From Bacillota bacterium (lineage in GTDB: Bacteria; Sysuimicrobiota; Sysuimicrobiia; Sysuimicrobiales; Segetimicrobiaceae): a stretch of DNA of 64,000 bases. Both the position numbers and the translations under genes were made by a program. Below, one piece after another: positions 35,674 through 45,621 of this stretch. A model generated the notes under the pieces. That model ran no database searches, was not told the DNA's origin, and saw nothing but the letters and a program-made list of their open reading frames with translations. The stretch covers positions 58,006-122,005 of the forward strand of contig JAJPIA010000085.1 in the NCBI GenBank assembly GCA_021324975.1, given 5' to 3'. Position 1 is the first letter of the stretch; every line of letters starts with the position of its first letter.

Positions 35674-37092
35674 TCACGTCGCACACCCCTCGGCGGCCTG
35701 CCACATTGCCTCCAGGGCCGTCACGGTGCCTTCGATCACGCGCGCGGCGGCGTCCGGCGCGAACGGCGAGGTGTCCACCTCGTACCCGCCCCGCGGGTAC
35801 TCGCTCGCGACCGGGATATATCCGCCCCATCCCCCGACGTATCCGCCGAACCAGGTGTGCGCAAACGGTGAACGCGCCTTGATCGCGAGGCCGATCTCGA
35901 CGAAGGGCTCGCACGAGATCGCCGCCAGCACCGCGGGGCCGACCCGCAGGAGGTGCAGCGGCACCGCGTCCTCGCTTCGCCCGCCGTACGTGCGGGCCCG
36001 CGTCAGCGTCATGTTCGCGCGTTTCGTCACAAACGTCGCCGCCTCGATCTCCGCGGCCGGCGCGCCGCGGTCCACCAGCGCGCGGAGCCTCCGCCGGGCG
36101 CTCGCGAGCGCGGCTTCTGCTTCCGCCACAGGCGGCTGGGGCCGAAGAGGAAGGGGAAGCACGGTCCTCTCCGTCCGCACGACCGGTTCGGGGGCGGCGA
36201 TCGGCCGGGTCGTCCATTTGCCGAGCGGCGCACCGGACTCCCACACACGCTCGTGCACCGCGTCCACCGGCGGCACGCGAAGCGACAAGTGGACGCGCGC
36301 CGCTTCGTACCCCACGAGCGTGCCGAGGCGGCGGATGGCCTGCGCGTCGTCCGTGTAGCTGTCGACCCCGGGGCCGACGTTGCCGGTGGCGCCCTGGGCA
36401 AAGACGCACGTGGCGCCCGTGAGGCGTTCGACCGTCCGCTTCATGTGGCCCGGCCAATCCGCGGTGATGTACCGGAACGCCGGGCCCGCGGTCGTCGGGT
36501 GCATCGTGTACCCGACGACCGCCGCGAGCGGCCCGCCGTCCCGGCCGTCGATCCGGAGCACGAACACCTGCGGGTCGATCGGGCCGGCGAAGTTGACGCC
36601 TGCGACCGTGCGGCCGTCCGGCGCCGTTTCCCGACGGTTCACTGCGACGCGGCTCTCCCCGACTCCGACGCCGATCCGCGCCGGGCGAAGCGTCCCGAGC
36701 GCCATCCGCGCCGCGCCGGCGGCGAACTCCGGCAGCGAGGCGTAATACCGGCGCAGCGCGTCGGCGCCGTCGAGCCAGTCCCACCGGCTGGGCGGCGGCC
36801 CCGTGTGGTTGTGCGTCACCGCTACCCGCACCTGGTCCGGCCGCAGGCCCGCCGCGCCGCCCACGGCCGATGCGATGGCGTCCGTCTCTTCCTGCGTGAT
36901 CACCACCAGGTCGAGGTCGACGAGCGCCGCGCGCTCCGTGCCGTCGTCCAGCAGCAAGACCGTGGCCCAAAGATCGGTCTCGATCCCCTCGGGGAACACG
37001 TGGGTCTGTGCGCCCCACCCGGCGTGCGGCACGGTGAGTGGCGGCGTGATCGTGGCGCGGCCGACCCCGGCGCGAAACATCTGCGGCGTCAT
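35674..37092 (-). CDS. Neutral/alkaline ceramidase-like amidohydrolase family protein (paralog 2)
   Basis: 472-aa ORF. MTPQMFRAGVGRATITPPLTVPHAGWG and THNHTGP are collinear with paralog 1. Confidence 0.65.
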   Translation of the reverse strand: MTPQMFRAGVGRATITPPLTVPHAGWGAQTHVFPEGIETDLWATVLLLDDGTERAALVDLDLVVITQEETDAIASAVGGAAGLRPDQVRVAVTHNHTGPPPSRWDWLDGADALRRYYASLPEFAAGAARMALGTLRPARIGVGVGESRVAVNRRETAPDGRTVAGVNFAGPIDPQVFVLRIDGRDGGPLAAVVGYTMHPTTAGPAFRYITADWPGHMKRTVERLTGATCVFAQGATGNVGPGVDSYTDDAQAIRRLGTLVGYEAARVHLSLRVPPVDAVHERVWESGAPLGKWTTRPIAAPEPVVRTERTVLPLPLRPQPPVAEAEAALASARRRLRALVDRGAPAAEIEAATFVTKRANMTLTRARTYGGRSEDAVPLHLLRVGPAVLAAISCEPFVEIGLAIKARSPFAHTWFGGYVGGWGGYIPVASEYPRGGYEVDTSPFAPDAAARVIEGTVTALEAMWQAAEGCAT

Positions 37093-37108
37093 GCGGCTAC
37101 GCGACGCG

Positions 37109-38230
37109 CTACCCGTCCACGCGGTAGCGCGCCACGATCTCCTCGTTCAGGTCGACCCCGAGCCCCGGTTGCTGGGGAATGCGGGCGACCCCGTTCGTGA
37201 CCTCGACGTCCGTCCGCACCAGGTCCCGGCGCAGCGGCGAGGGCGCGACCGTGTACTCGACGAACGGCACGTCCGGGAGCGTCGCGGCGAAGTGCATCGA
37301 CGCCGCGACCAGAATGCCCGACTTCCACGCGTGCGGCACGAGCATCGCATGGGACGCCGCGGCGAGATCGGCGATGCGACGCCCCTGGGTGAAGCCGCCG
37401 GCCCGGGCCAGGTCGGGCTGAATCACGTCGACGTGTCCGATCTCGAGCAGGTCGCGGAACGCGGCCGCGAGCGTCTCCTGCTCCCCTGTCGCGATGCGGA
37501 TGCCGCGGGACGCCGCGGTCAGGCGCGCCCACCCCGAGAGGTCGTCGCTGGCCAGCGCTTCCTCCAGCCAGTACGGCGCGTACTCTTGAAAGGCGTCCAG
37601 GCGCCGCAGCGCCTCCCGGAGCGTCCACGGCGCGCCCGCGTCAACGAGGAGCGCCGCGTCGCCGATGGCGGCCCGGGCTTCCCGTACCAGCCTCACGTCG
37701 GTGGCCAGGTCTTGGCCCATGGGGCCCCAGCCGAATTTCACGGCGCGGTAGCCCTGCGCCACGTACCGCTGCGCCGTGTCCCGCATCAGGCCGAGGTCCT
37801 GTTCAAACAGCATGCTGGCGTAGACCGGAATCGTGTCGCGACGGGCCCCGCCGAGCAGCGTGTGCACGGGCAGCCCGAGCGCCTTGCCCTTGATGTCCCA
37901 CAGCGCGAGGTCCACTGCGGCAATCGCCTGGACGGCCACGCCGCCCCGCCCCATCCACAGCGTGCCCTCGCACATCTTGTCCCACAAGCGCTCGGTGTGG
38001 AGCGGGTCCTCGCCGACGAGCATCCCGGCCAGCCCGCGGGACCGCATCCACGACTCGGGCGCATCCACGAGCGCCTTGACGACGTGTGGTGAGGAGTCCG
38101 CCTCGCCGACCCCGGTGATTCCCTCGTCCGTGTGGACGCGCACGATCACGTCGTCCTGGATGCCGTCCGCGCGTGTCCAGTCCAGCTCCGGGATCCTGAG
38201 CGGAATCGCCTCGACCTTGGTGATCTTCAT
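37109..38230 (-). CDS. Enolase-superfamily enzyme (mandelate racemase/muconate lactonizing enzyme family; acid-sugar-dehydratase-like)
   Basis: 373-aa ORF with the N-terminal capping domain MKITKVEAIPLRIP..., AVDLALWDIKGKALGLPVHTLLGG, and metal-ligand spacing LLVDAG...EEAL...ATGEQ. Confidence 0.85.
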   Translation of the reverse strand: MKITKVEAIPLRIPELDWTRADGIQDDVIVRVHTDEGITGVGEADSSPHVVKALVDAPESWMRSRGLAGMLVGEDPLHTERLWDKMCEGTLWMGRGGVAVQAIAAVDLALWDIKGKALGLPVHTLLGGARRDTIPVYASMLFEQDLGLMRDTAQRYVAQGYRAVKFGWGPMGQDLATDVRLVREARAAIGDAALLVDAGAPWTLREALRRLDAFQEYAPYWLEEALASDDLSGWARLTAASRGIRIATGEQETLAAAFRDLLEIGHVDVIQPDLARAGGFTQGRRIADLAAASHAMLVPHAWKSGILVAASMHFAATLPDVPFVEYTVAPSPLRRDLVRTDVEVTNGVARIPQQPGLGVDLNEEIVARYRVDG

Positions 38231-38249
38231 GCCGCCTCCCCGGCTACGC

Positions 38250-39125
38250 TCACCCTACGACGAGCTCCAGCACGTGCTCCAACACGCGCCGCCGGAACTC
38301 GCTCAATCCCGCGATCGGGGGCCGTATCTCGTCGGACGCGATCACGCCCCGCCGGCGCAGCGCCCACTTGGTGACGGCGGGGTACTCGTCCGCGCCGATC
38401 ATGAGCTCGCTCACGAACGGCAGGAGCTTGGCGAAACGACGCGTGGAGCCCGGGAGATCCCCTTCGCGCGCGGCGTCGAACCAGGCGCGGCACTCCTGCG
38501 GAAACACCTGGGGTGCCGCCGTCACCGCGCCTTCGCACCCGCGCAGCACCTGCTGGTGCATGACCCCGTCGTCCCCCGACAGCAGGATCATGTCGGTCAC
38601 GGCCTTCGCCGCGTCGACTTTGGCCACCGCGGTGTCCGTGATCTTCACGTGCCGGATGTTGCCGCGCACGTCCCGGATCCGCAGGTAGTCGTTGACGGAC
38701 AAAACGGTCTTCGTCGTGTACGGGTTGTCGTAGACGATGATCTCCCGGTCGGTGTATCCCGAGATCTCCCGGTAGAATCCGGTAATCGTCTCCGGCGTGT
38801 GTTTGAAGTAGAAGGGAAGCGGCACGAGATACCCGGCGGCGCCCGCCGCATCCCCGGCGCGCATCAGCTCCCGGATGTTCTCCAGGCTGGTGTCGGCCAC
38901 GCCGATGACGAGCTCGAGCCGGCCGCGCATCGCGCGGCTAAAGAACTCCACCGTTTGCAGGCGCTCGGCGAGCGTCATGCTCGGCGCCTCGCCCGTGCTC
39001 CCCGCCACGACGAGCCCGTCGAGATGGGGCGCGCACCAGTCGACGAGCCGGGCGATGCTGTCGCCGTCCACTCGGCCGTCGCGAAACGGCGTGATCACCG
39101 GGGGCAAGAGTCCGCGTAGTTTCAT
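38250..39125 (-). CDS. Dihydrodipicolinate synthase family class I aldolase (second copy)
   Basis: 291-aa ORF with PVITPF..., GSTGEAPSMT and lysine context RHVKITD. Confidence 0.75.
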   Translation of the reverse strand: MKLRGLLPPVITPFRDGRVDGDSIARLVDWCAPHLDGLVVAGSTGEAPSMTLAERLQTVEFFSRAMRGRLELVIGVADTSLENIRELMRAGDAAGAAGYLVPLPFYFKHTPETITGFYREISGYTDREIIVYDNPYTTKTVLSVNDYLRIRDVRGNIRHVKITDTAVAKVDAAKAVTDMILLSGDDGVMHQQVLRGCEGAVTAAPQVFPQECRAWFDAAREGDLPGSTRRFAKLLPFVSELMIGADEYPAVTKWALRRRGVIASDEIRPPIAGLSEFRRRVLEHVLELVVG

Positions 39126-39148
39126 CGCGTCACCTCATCGATCCGCCT

Positions 39149-39910
39149 TCAGCCCAAGAACGTCCGCTCGGGGTCCAGCGTGCGCAGGATCGCGAGATCG
39201 CGCTCGCCCGGCGGCGGGAGGTGCGGCACGTCCCCGGTGGCCGGGAGCTCGAAGCCCGTGTGGTCGCGCACGTCGTCGAGCCCGACGCCCGGCTGCAGCG
39301 CGTCGAGCCGCATCCGCTCCGTGGCCGGATCGAAGCTCATGAGCGCGAGGTTGGTGACCACCTTGGTCACCCGCCCGAACAGCAGCCCGGCGCGGCGGCG
39401 GCCCCCCGGACCGTCCAGGTGCCCCGGGCTCGTGACGAAGTCGACCCGTTCCACGAACCGCCGCCGCTCGTGTGTCGTCACGATGAGGATCTCGCGGCAG
39501 TGGGAGATGATGTCGCACGCGCCCCCGCTGCCCGGGAGGCGGACGCGCGGCCGGTCGGGCGGGCCGATGAAGCTGGTGTTGACGTTGCCGTATGGGTCGA
39601 CCTGCGCGCCTCCCAGGAAGCCGTAGTCGTAGAAACCCCGCTGCGCGTACAGGAAGATCTGGGTGATCGACGGGAGCAGCATGCCCCGCCGCGCCGCACG
39701 CATCTCGTTCGTGGAGATCGGCAGGCGCCCCGGCGCCATCTCCGGCCCGATGACGCCGCCCTCCAGCACGATCGTGAGGTTCGGCGCGTGGGTCGTCTGG
39801 GCCAGGACCGACGCCAGCAGCGGGGTGCCGACGCCCGCAAAGACGATCCTGCGATCCTCGAGCAGCCGGCTGGCGCTCACCGCGAGCAGCTCGGAAACGG
39901 TGTACGTCAT
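39149..39910 (-). CDS. CoA-transferase subunit B (glutaconate/3-oxoacid CoA-transferase family)
   Basis: 253-aa ORF. FAGVGTPLLASVLAQ...GPEMAPG...GGAQVDPYGNVN is typical of family I CoA-transferase beta subunits. Confidence 0.8.
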   Translation of the reverse strand: MTYTVSELLAVSASRLLEDRRIVFAGVGTPLLASVLAQTTHAPNLTIVLEGGVIGPEMAPGRLPISTNEMRAARRGMLLPSITQIFLYAQRGFYDYGFLGGAQVDPYGNVNTSFIGPPDRPRVRLPGSGGACDIISHCREILIVTTHERRRFVERVDFVTSPGHLDGPGGRRRAGLLFGRVTKVVTNLALMSFDPATERMRLDALQPGVGLDDVRDHTGFELPATGDVPHLPPPGERDLAILRTLDPERTFLG

Positions 39911-39911
39911 G

Positions 39912-40862
39912 TCAGCGGCTGAGCTCCTGCGCTGCCCGCCGTCGTTCCAGCAGGCGGCTCAGGCCGAACCGCTCCAGGTACGCGTCGAAGGTCTCCGGCC
40001 CGTACACGTAGTCGTCCAGGTAGCGGTGCACGGCGTCCGCGCCGCCCGACGCCACGCCGCGGGCATACGCGTCGATGTGCGCGAGGTCCGCCTCGTACAG
40101 GCCGTAGCACTCGTGCGGGTACGCTCCGTACGGCGCCTCGATCACCGCGTCCACCGCGAAGAACGGAATGATGGTCCGGTCCGCATGCCGGCGCAGATCC
40201 TCCGGGTCCACGATCTCCTCCGCGCTCACGATCACGGTCGCGGCGGCCACGGCGAGGTCGGCGTCCATGTGCGGATAACCGTCGATCTGCGCGTTGCCGA
40301 ACGGGTCCGCCCGGTGCACATGCAGCAGGGCCACGTCGGGAAAGAGCGCGGGGACGAGGCACAGCCGCTCACCGGTAAACGGGCAGATCATCGTGCGGGC
40401 GCCGGCGCGCGCCAGCAGGTCGGAGCCGAGCATGGACAGCGTCGGCAGAAACGGGATGCCCATCGCCGCCGCGCGATAGCGGAGGCCGAGGGCGAGGTGA
40501 CTCCATTCGTCGAAGTGGACCCGGCCCGACTCCACAAACTCCCGCACGATCCGCGAGAGCCCCCACGGGAGCCCGATCCCGGCCCAGCTCGTCACGATGC
40601 CGCGGGCGGCGCCGGCCACCATGAACAACTCTCCTTCGTAGCACAGCAGGTTGCGCGAGAGCGTGAGGTCGCGCCGCCGCTGCCGCAGCAGCTCGCGCAG
40701 CGTCACCCACGGCGTGCGCGAGTACAGGCACCCGCCGATCGCGATGTGATCGCCGTCCCGGACGAGCTCGGCGGCCCGCTCCACCGGCATCCGCTTGTCG
40801 CGCCGCGATCGGTCCTTGGACTCGACGCGCCGGCGCGCCTCGACGAACGACGCGCCGCTCAT
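39912..40862 (-). CDS. CoA-transferase subunit A
   Basis: The C-terminal 316 aa of ORF 39912..41249, from the ATG at 40862 (ATGA overlap with the LLM gene stop). DGDHIAIGGCLYSRTP...HRADPFGNAQIDG. Confidence 0.8.
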   Translation of the reverse strand: MSGASFVEARRRVESKDRSRRDKRMPVERAAELVRDGDHIAIGGCLYSRTPWVTLRELLRQRRRDLTLSRNLLCYEGELFMVAGAARGIVTSWAGIGLPWGLSRIVREFVESGRVHFDEWSHLALGLRYRAAAMGIPFLPTLSMLGSDLLARAGARTMICPFTGERLCLVPALFPDVALLHVHRADPFGNAQIDGYPHMDADLAVAAATVIVSAEEIVDPEDLRRHADRTIIPFFAVDAVIEAPYGAYPHECYGLYEADLAHIDAYARGVASGGADAVHRYLDDYVYGPETFDAYLERFGLSRLLERRRAAQELSR

Positions 40863-41833
40863 CGCCGCGCGTCTCCGGCCGCGAGGCCGAGGCGCGGCAG
40901 CACGTCCTGCGCGACCGCCTCCAGCTGATCGGTCCGGTACTCGTGCGGGACGAGGACCACGTGCTGTACGCCCGCCTCGATGTGCGCCGCGAGCTGCTCG
41001 GCGCACTCGGCGGGCGTGCCCAGAATCGCGCTGTCCATCGTCGACTCGCTCCAGGGCGCCATGTCGAAGTACCGTCCGAGAAACTCGCGCACCCGGCGGT
41101 CCGCCTCCTCGTACGACGCCGCGACGCAGATCGGGAGCTGGCTCACGTTCCGAAGCGTCGCCGCATCTCGGCCGGCCTCGGCCGCGAGCGCGCGGATGCG
41201 CGCCCAGGTCCGGCCGAAGCTCTCCGGGGTGTAGAAGTACGTGAGCCATCCGTCGGCGTGGCGGACGAGGCGCCGCAGGACCGCTTCCACGTAGCCTCCG
41301 AGCAGGATGGGCGGGCGCGGCCGCTGCGCGGGCTTAGGCAGCATCACGGCGTGCGTCAGCACGTGGCCGTCCCAGCGGCCGCTCAGGTCGTCCTCAGTCC
41401 AGAGCCGCGTGATGATCTCCAGATCGCGCGTGACGCGCCTGCCGCGTTCCTTGAACGGGACCGCGCAGGCCTCGAACTCGCGCTCGTACCATCCCCCGGC
41501 GACGCCGAGGACGAGGCGGCCCTTGGAGATCTGGTCCAGGCTCGCGAGCACCTTGGCCAGCACGACCGGGTTACGGAGCGGGAGGACGAGGACGCCGGTG
41601 CCGAGCCGGAGACGCTCCGTCCGCACGGCGACCGCGGTCAGCGTCGACAACGCCTCGAGAAACGGAAACGGCCGCCGCGCCCCGAGCAAGATGTGATCCC
41701 AGGCCCATGCGGACGCGTACCCGAGCGCCTCCGCCCGCGACGCGTACGCCAGGATCTCGTCGATCCGCGGCTCCTCCGGGGCCTGGGTGAAGTTCTTGAG
41801 CGCCACCCCGACCTCGACGCGGGACACGGCCAT
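40859..41833 (-). CDS. LLM-class (luciferase-like) flavin/F420-dependent oxidoreductase
   Basis: The C-terminal 324 aa of ORF 40859..42424, from the ATG at 41833 with strong SD AAAGGAGGGGAGG. AEALGYASAWAWDHIL...GRLVLGVAGGW. Confidence 0.8.
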   Translation of the reverse strand: MAVSRVEVGVALKNFTQAPEEPRIDEILAYASRAEALGYASAWAWDHILLGARRPFPFLEALSTLTAVAVRTERLRLGTGVLVLPLRNPVVLAKVLASLDQISKGRLVLGVAGGWYEREFEACAVPFKERGRRVTRDLEIITRLWTEDDLSGRWDGHVLTHAVMLPKPAQRPRPPILLGGYVEAVLRRLVRHADGWLTYFYTPESFGRTWARIRALAAEAGRDAATLRNVSQLPICVAASYEEADRRVREFLGRYFDMAPWSESTMDSAILGTPAECAEQLAAHIEAGVQHVVLVPHEYRTDQLEAVAQDVLPRLGLAAGDARR

Positions 41834-41834
41834 C

Positions 41835-44162
41835 CTACCTCCCCTCCTTTGTCCCCGCGCGCCCCGCCAGGGCGCGAAACACGCGCTCCGGGGTGATCGG
41901 CAGCTCGAGTGGCCGCACGCCGGTGGCATCCGCGACCGCGGCCGCGATGGTCGCAAGCGGCGGCCCCGTCGGGGGTTCGCCGATGCCGCGCGCACCGAAC
42001 GGTCCTCGTCCCTCGCCGGATTCGAGGACGATGGCCTGGATGTCGGGAAGGTCCGGGGCCGTCGGCATGAGGTAGTTTGCGAACAGCGTCGTGAGGTTGA
42101 CGCCGGCCTCGAGCGCGATCTCCTCGCCGAGCGCCTGGCCGATGCCCATCGCGGCGCCGCCCTGAATCTGTCCGGCCACGCTCTGCGGGTTGATCGCCCG
42201 GCCCACGTCGTGGCACGCGGCATACTTGAGCAGCCGCGTCTCTCCGGTCTCGGTGTCCACCTCAACTTCCGCGGCGTGGCATCCATACGTGTAGTCCGGA
42301 AACGTCCGGCCCTGCCCGGTGTCGAGGTCCGGCGGCGCGGACCGCTCGCCCTGGAACGCCGACAGGCGGGACACGGGGACGCCGCGTCGGGAGCACTCCG
42401 CGACGACGCGGGCCAGCGACACACGGCGGTCGGGAGCCCCGGCGACGCCGACGTGGTCGTCCGCGAACTCCAGGTCCGCCTCGGCGGCTTCCAGGAGCGC
42501 CGCCGCCACGGGAGCGATCTCGGCCCGCAGCTCGCGCGCGCAGCGGAGCGCGGCGTTCCCCGACATGTAGAGCTGTCGGGTTGCGAACGTGCCGCCGGCG
42601 AGCGGGGTGAGCGCGCTGTCCCCGACGTGCACGCGGATGCGCTCGACCGACACGCCCAGCACCTCGGCCGCGATCTGCGCGAGCGACGCCGCCTGTCCGC
42701 CGCCGAGGTCGGGCACCCCCGCGCGGATCACGAGGGAGCCGTCCGCCTCCAACCCGAGCCACGCGCTCGCGCGGTCCTGAAACCATACCGTTCGCCCGTA
42801 GGGTTGCATGTTGCACGCGATGCCCCGGCCCACGCGCGCCGTCGGGCCGGAGGGCCGGCTCCGCTCGCCGAGCGCGTCCTGGGCGCGGCGGAGGAGCTCG
42901 GGCAGCGCCACGTACGTGCCCGCCGCTTCTCCGGTCGGAAGCCGGTCGCCCTTGCGCAGGAAGTTGCGCTCGCGGATGGCCGCGGGCGGCATCCCGAGCG
43001 CGTGCGCGATGAGATCCATCTGCGCTTCGTAGGCAAACGTCATCTGCATGGCCCCGAAGCCGCGCATCGCGCTCGCGGGGACGTTGTTCGTGAACACGGC
43101 CCGGGCGTCGATCCGCACGTGCGGAACCCGGTACGGGCCGCACCCCACGACGAGCGCGGCGAAGAGCACGCGCGGGCTCAAGAGAGGATACGGTCCGGCG
43201 TCGGCGAGCAGGCTGATCTCCTGGGCCAGGAGGCTCCCGTCCCGTGCCGCGCCGGTCTTGTATCGCATCACAAACGCGTGCCGCTTCGGCCGCGCCAGCA
43301 GCGATTCGTCCCGGCCCCACACCATCCGCACCGGGCGCCCCGTGGCCCACGCCAGCGCCGCCACGTACGGCTCCACGGTCATATCTTCCTTGCCGCCGAA
43401 GCCGCCGCCGAGAAACGGCGCGATGACCCGCACGCGGTTGTGCGGCAGGCCCAGGATCTCGGCGAGCGCGCGAAAGTGCTCAATGACCTGCGACGACGCT
43501 CTGACCGTGATCACGCCGTCGGCATCAACCCACGCGACGCCCGCCTCCGGCTCGAGGTAGGCGTGGTCCACGCGTTGCGTGCGATACGTGCGCTCCACGA
43601 CGGCCGCGGCGCCGCGAAAGCCTGTCTCCACGTCGCCCCGGCGCAGCTTCCAATGCACGAACACGTTGTCCCGGCCCTCGTGGACCCGCTCGGCGCCACG
43701 CCGCGCCGCGGCCTCCGCGTCATGGACGCCCGGGAGCGGCTCATACTCGACCTCGATTGCGGCGAGCGCGGCCCGCGCGCTCGCGTCAGACGCCGCCGCC
43801 ACGATCGCCACCGGCTCGCCTTGATAGCGCACCACGCCGTCCGCGAGGATGGGCGTCGTGAACCGGAGCAGCCCGGCCCCTGTGGGATCCTCCTCGACGC
43901 CGCTCCGCGGAAGGTCGCGCGCCGTGAGCACGACCGCGACGCCGGGAAGCGCACGCGCCCTGGCGACGTCGAGGCGCCGGATCCGCGCGCACGGGTAGAT
44001 TGACCTCAGGATACGCCCCACGAGCATCCCGGGCATCTGCCAGTCCGCCGCGTACTGGGTCGCGCCGCGGACCTTGTCCGCGACGTCGAAGCGCGGCAGC
44101 GCCCTGCCGACGACCCGATAGGCTGCCGGGGAGAGGCCGTCGGCCCGTGGCTCGGGGATCAC
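41835..44162 (-). CDS. Xanthine dehydrogenase/aldehyde oxidase family molybdopterin-binding large subunit (CoxL-like, set 2)
   Basis: ORF 41835..44546 trimmed to the GTG at 44162 (GTGA overlap). It has GGGFGGKED, AMRGFGAMQ and GIGEPPTGP, and aligns by eye along its length with set 1 (for example YAADWQMPGML in both). Confidence 0.85.
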   Translation of the reverse strand: MIPEPRADGLSPAAYRVVGRALPRFDVADKVRGATQYAADWQMPGMLVGRILRSIYPCARIRRLDVARARALPGVAVVLTARDLPRSGVEEDPTGAGLLRFTTPILADGVVRYQGEPVAIVAAASDASARAALAAIEVEYEPLPGVHDAEAAARRGAERVHEGRDNVFVHWKLRRGDVETGFRGAAAVVERTYRTQRVDHAYLEPEAGVAWVDADGVITVRASSQVIEHFRALAEILGLPHNRVRVIAPFLGGGFGGKEDMTVEPYVAALAWATGRPVRMVWGRDESLLARPKRHAFVMRYKTGAARDGSLLAQEISLLADAGPYPLLSPRVLFAALVVGCGPYRVPHVRIDARAVFTNNVPASAMRGFGAMQMTFAYEAQMDLIAHALGMPPAAIRERNFLRKGDRLPTGEAAGTYVALPELLRRAQDALGERSRPSGPTARVGRGIACNMQPYGRTVWFQDRASAWLGLEADGSLVIRAGVPDLGGGQAASLAQIAAEVLGVSVERIRVHVGDSALTPLAGGTFATRQLYMSGNAALRCARELRAEIAPVAAALLEAAEADLEFADDHVGVAGAPDRRVSLARVVAECSRRGVPVSRLSAFQGERSAPPDLDTGQGRTFPDYTYGCHAAEVEVDTETGETRLLKYAACHDVGRAINPQSVAGQIQGGAAMGIGQALGEEIALEAGVNLTTLFANYLMPTAPDLPDIQAIVLESGEGRGPFGARGIGEPPTGPPLATIAAAVADATGVRPLELPITPERVFRALAGRAGTKEGR

Positions 44163-44701
44163 GCCCGATCCCCTCCCTGCCGGGCGCGTACGCAGGCCTC
44201 GACCGCGTCCACGATCCTCGTGTAACCTGTGCACCGGCACAGGTTGCCGCCGAGCGCCGTCCGGATCTCGGCGCGCGTCGGATGGGGATGGTCCGCGAGC
44301 AGCGCGTAGGCGGTCAGCAGCATCCCCGGCGTGCAAAAGCCGCACTGCGCGGCCTCGTGGGCCACAAACGCCCGCTGGAGCGGATGCATGTCGCCCGCCG
44401 CCGTGCCGGGGGCTCCCGCCGCCGCGGCCAGCCCGCGGACCGTTGTGATCGTGCGCCCCTGCGCGTGCACGCCGAGCGTCAGGCAGGCGTTGATGGGGGC
44501 TCCATCCAGCAGCACCGTGCACGTCCCGCACACGCCCTCGCCGCAACCGTACTTCACCTCCGTCGCGCCGAGGGTGTCTCGGAGCACCGCGAGCAGGGTG
44601 TCATGTGGGGCGGCCCATGCGTCCACCGCGCGGCCGTTGAGGGCGAACCGCAGCGCCACCCGGTCAGGCCATTCGCGGGGTGCGCCCGCCGCCGCGCTCA
44701 C
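44159..44701 (-). CDS. (2Fe-2S)-binding small subunit (CoxS-like, set 2)
   Basis: 180-aa ORF with CGEGVCGTCTV and QCGFCTPG...CRCTGY. Confidence 0.9.
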   Translation of the reverse strand: MSAAAGAPREWPDRVALRFALNGRAVDAWAAPHDTLLAVLRDTLGATEVKYGCGEGVCGTCTVLLDGAPINACLTLGVHAQGRTITTVRGLAAAAGAPGTAAGDMHPLQRAFVAHEAAQCGFCTPGMLLTAYALLADHPHPTRAEIRTALGGNLCRCTGYTRIVDAVEACVRARQGGDRA

Positions 44702-45603
44702 GACCGCACCGCACCCGGCCCAGCGGCCCGCGACTCGCCGCCGGCCCGCGCCACGGCGGCCCCGAGCGCGCGCCGCGCCATGACACGCGCCATGGCGCGG
44801 CGGTAGTCCGCCGATGCGTGCACGTCCGACTCGGGCGCCACCTCGGCGCGGACGGCATCCGCCGCATCATCGAGCGTGCGGTCACCCGGCAGTTGCCCGA
44901 TCAGGAGGCGCTCCGCGCCCCGCATGCGCAGCGCGGACGGCCCGACGCCGCCGATGGCCACGGCGGCGTGCGTGCAGCGCCCGCCGCCGTCGAGCCCGAG
45001 CACCGCGCATGCGGAGACCGTGGCGAAATCGCCGGACCGCCGGACGAGCTCCGCCAGCCCGTATCCCATCCGCGGGCCGCGCGCCGGCAGCCGGAGGGCC
45101 GTGACAACCTCCGCCGGCCCGAGCGCGGTCTCCAGGTATCCGCGGAAAAACTCATGGACCGGGATGTCCCGGGCTCCGCCCGCGCCCCGGACCTCGACCG
45201 TCGCGCCGAGCGCCGTCGCGACCAACGGCACCTCCGCCGCCGGGTCGGCGTGAGCGAGGCTCCCGCCGACGGTGCCCCGGTGCCGCACCCGGATATTGCC
45301 GATGAGGGGCGCCGCGTCCGCGAGCACCGGGCACGCGGCCCGAAGCCGCGGATCGGTCTCCACCGCGCGATGCCGCACGAGCGCGCCCACGCGGACGGCG
45401 TCGCCGTCGGCTTCGATGCGGTCGAGGCCGGGAATTCCGTTCACGTCGACGAGCACGCCGGGACGGGCCAACCCGAGCATCATGAGCGGCAGGAGGCTCT
45501 GCCCGCCGGCGAGCACCTTGGCGTCGTCCCCGTGCTCGCGGAGCAGCGCGATCGCCTCGTCCAACGTCCGCGGCGCGACGTACCGGAACGGCGGCAGGTA
45601 CAC
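44698..45603 (-). CDS. FAD-binding medium subunit of molybdopterin dehydrogenase (CoxM-like, set 2)
   Basis: 301-aa ORF with LAGGQSLLPLM and TVGGSLAHADPAAEVP. Confidence 0.88.
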   Translation of the reverse strand: MYLPPFRYVAPRTLDEAIALLREHGDDAKVLAGGQSLLPLMMLGLARPGVLVDVNGIPGLDRIEADGDAVRVGALVRHRAVETDPRLRAACPVLADAAPLIGNIRVRHRGTVGGSLAHADPAAEVPLVATALGATVEVRGAGGARDIPVHEFFRGYLETALGPAEVVTALRLPARGPRMGYGLAELVRRSGDFATVSACAVLGLDGGGRCTHAAVAIGGVGPSALRMRGAERLLIGQLPGDRTLDDAADAVRAEVAPESDVHASADYRRAMARVMARRALGAAVARAGGESRAAGPGAVRS

Positions 45604-45621
45604 GCGCGGGCCGTCCTCGGT

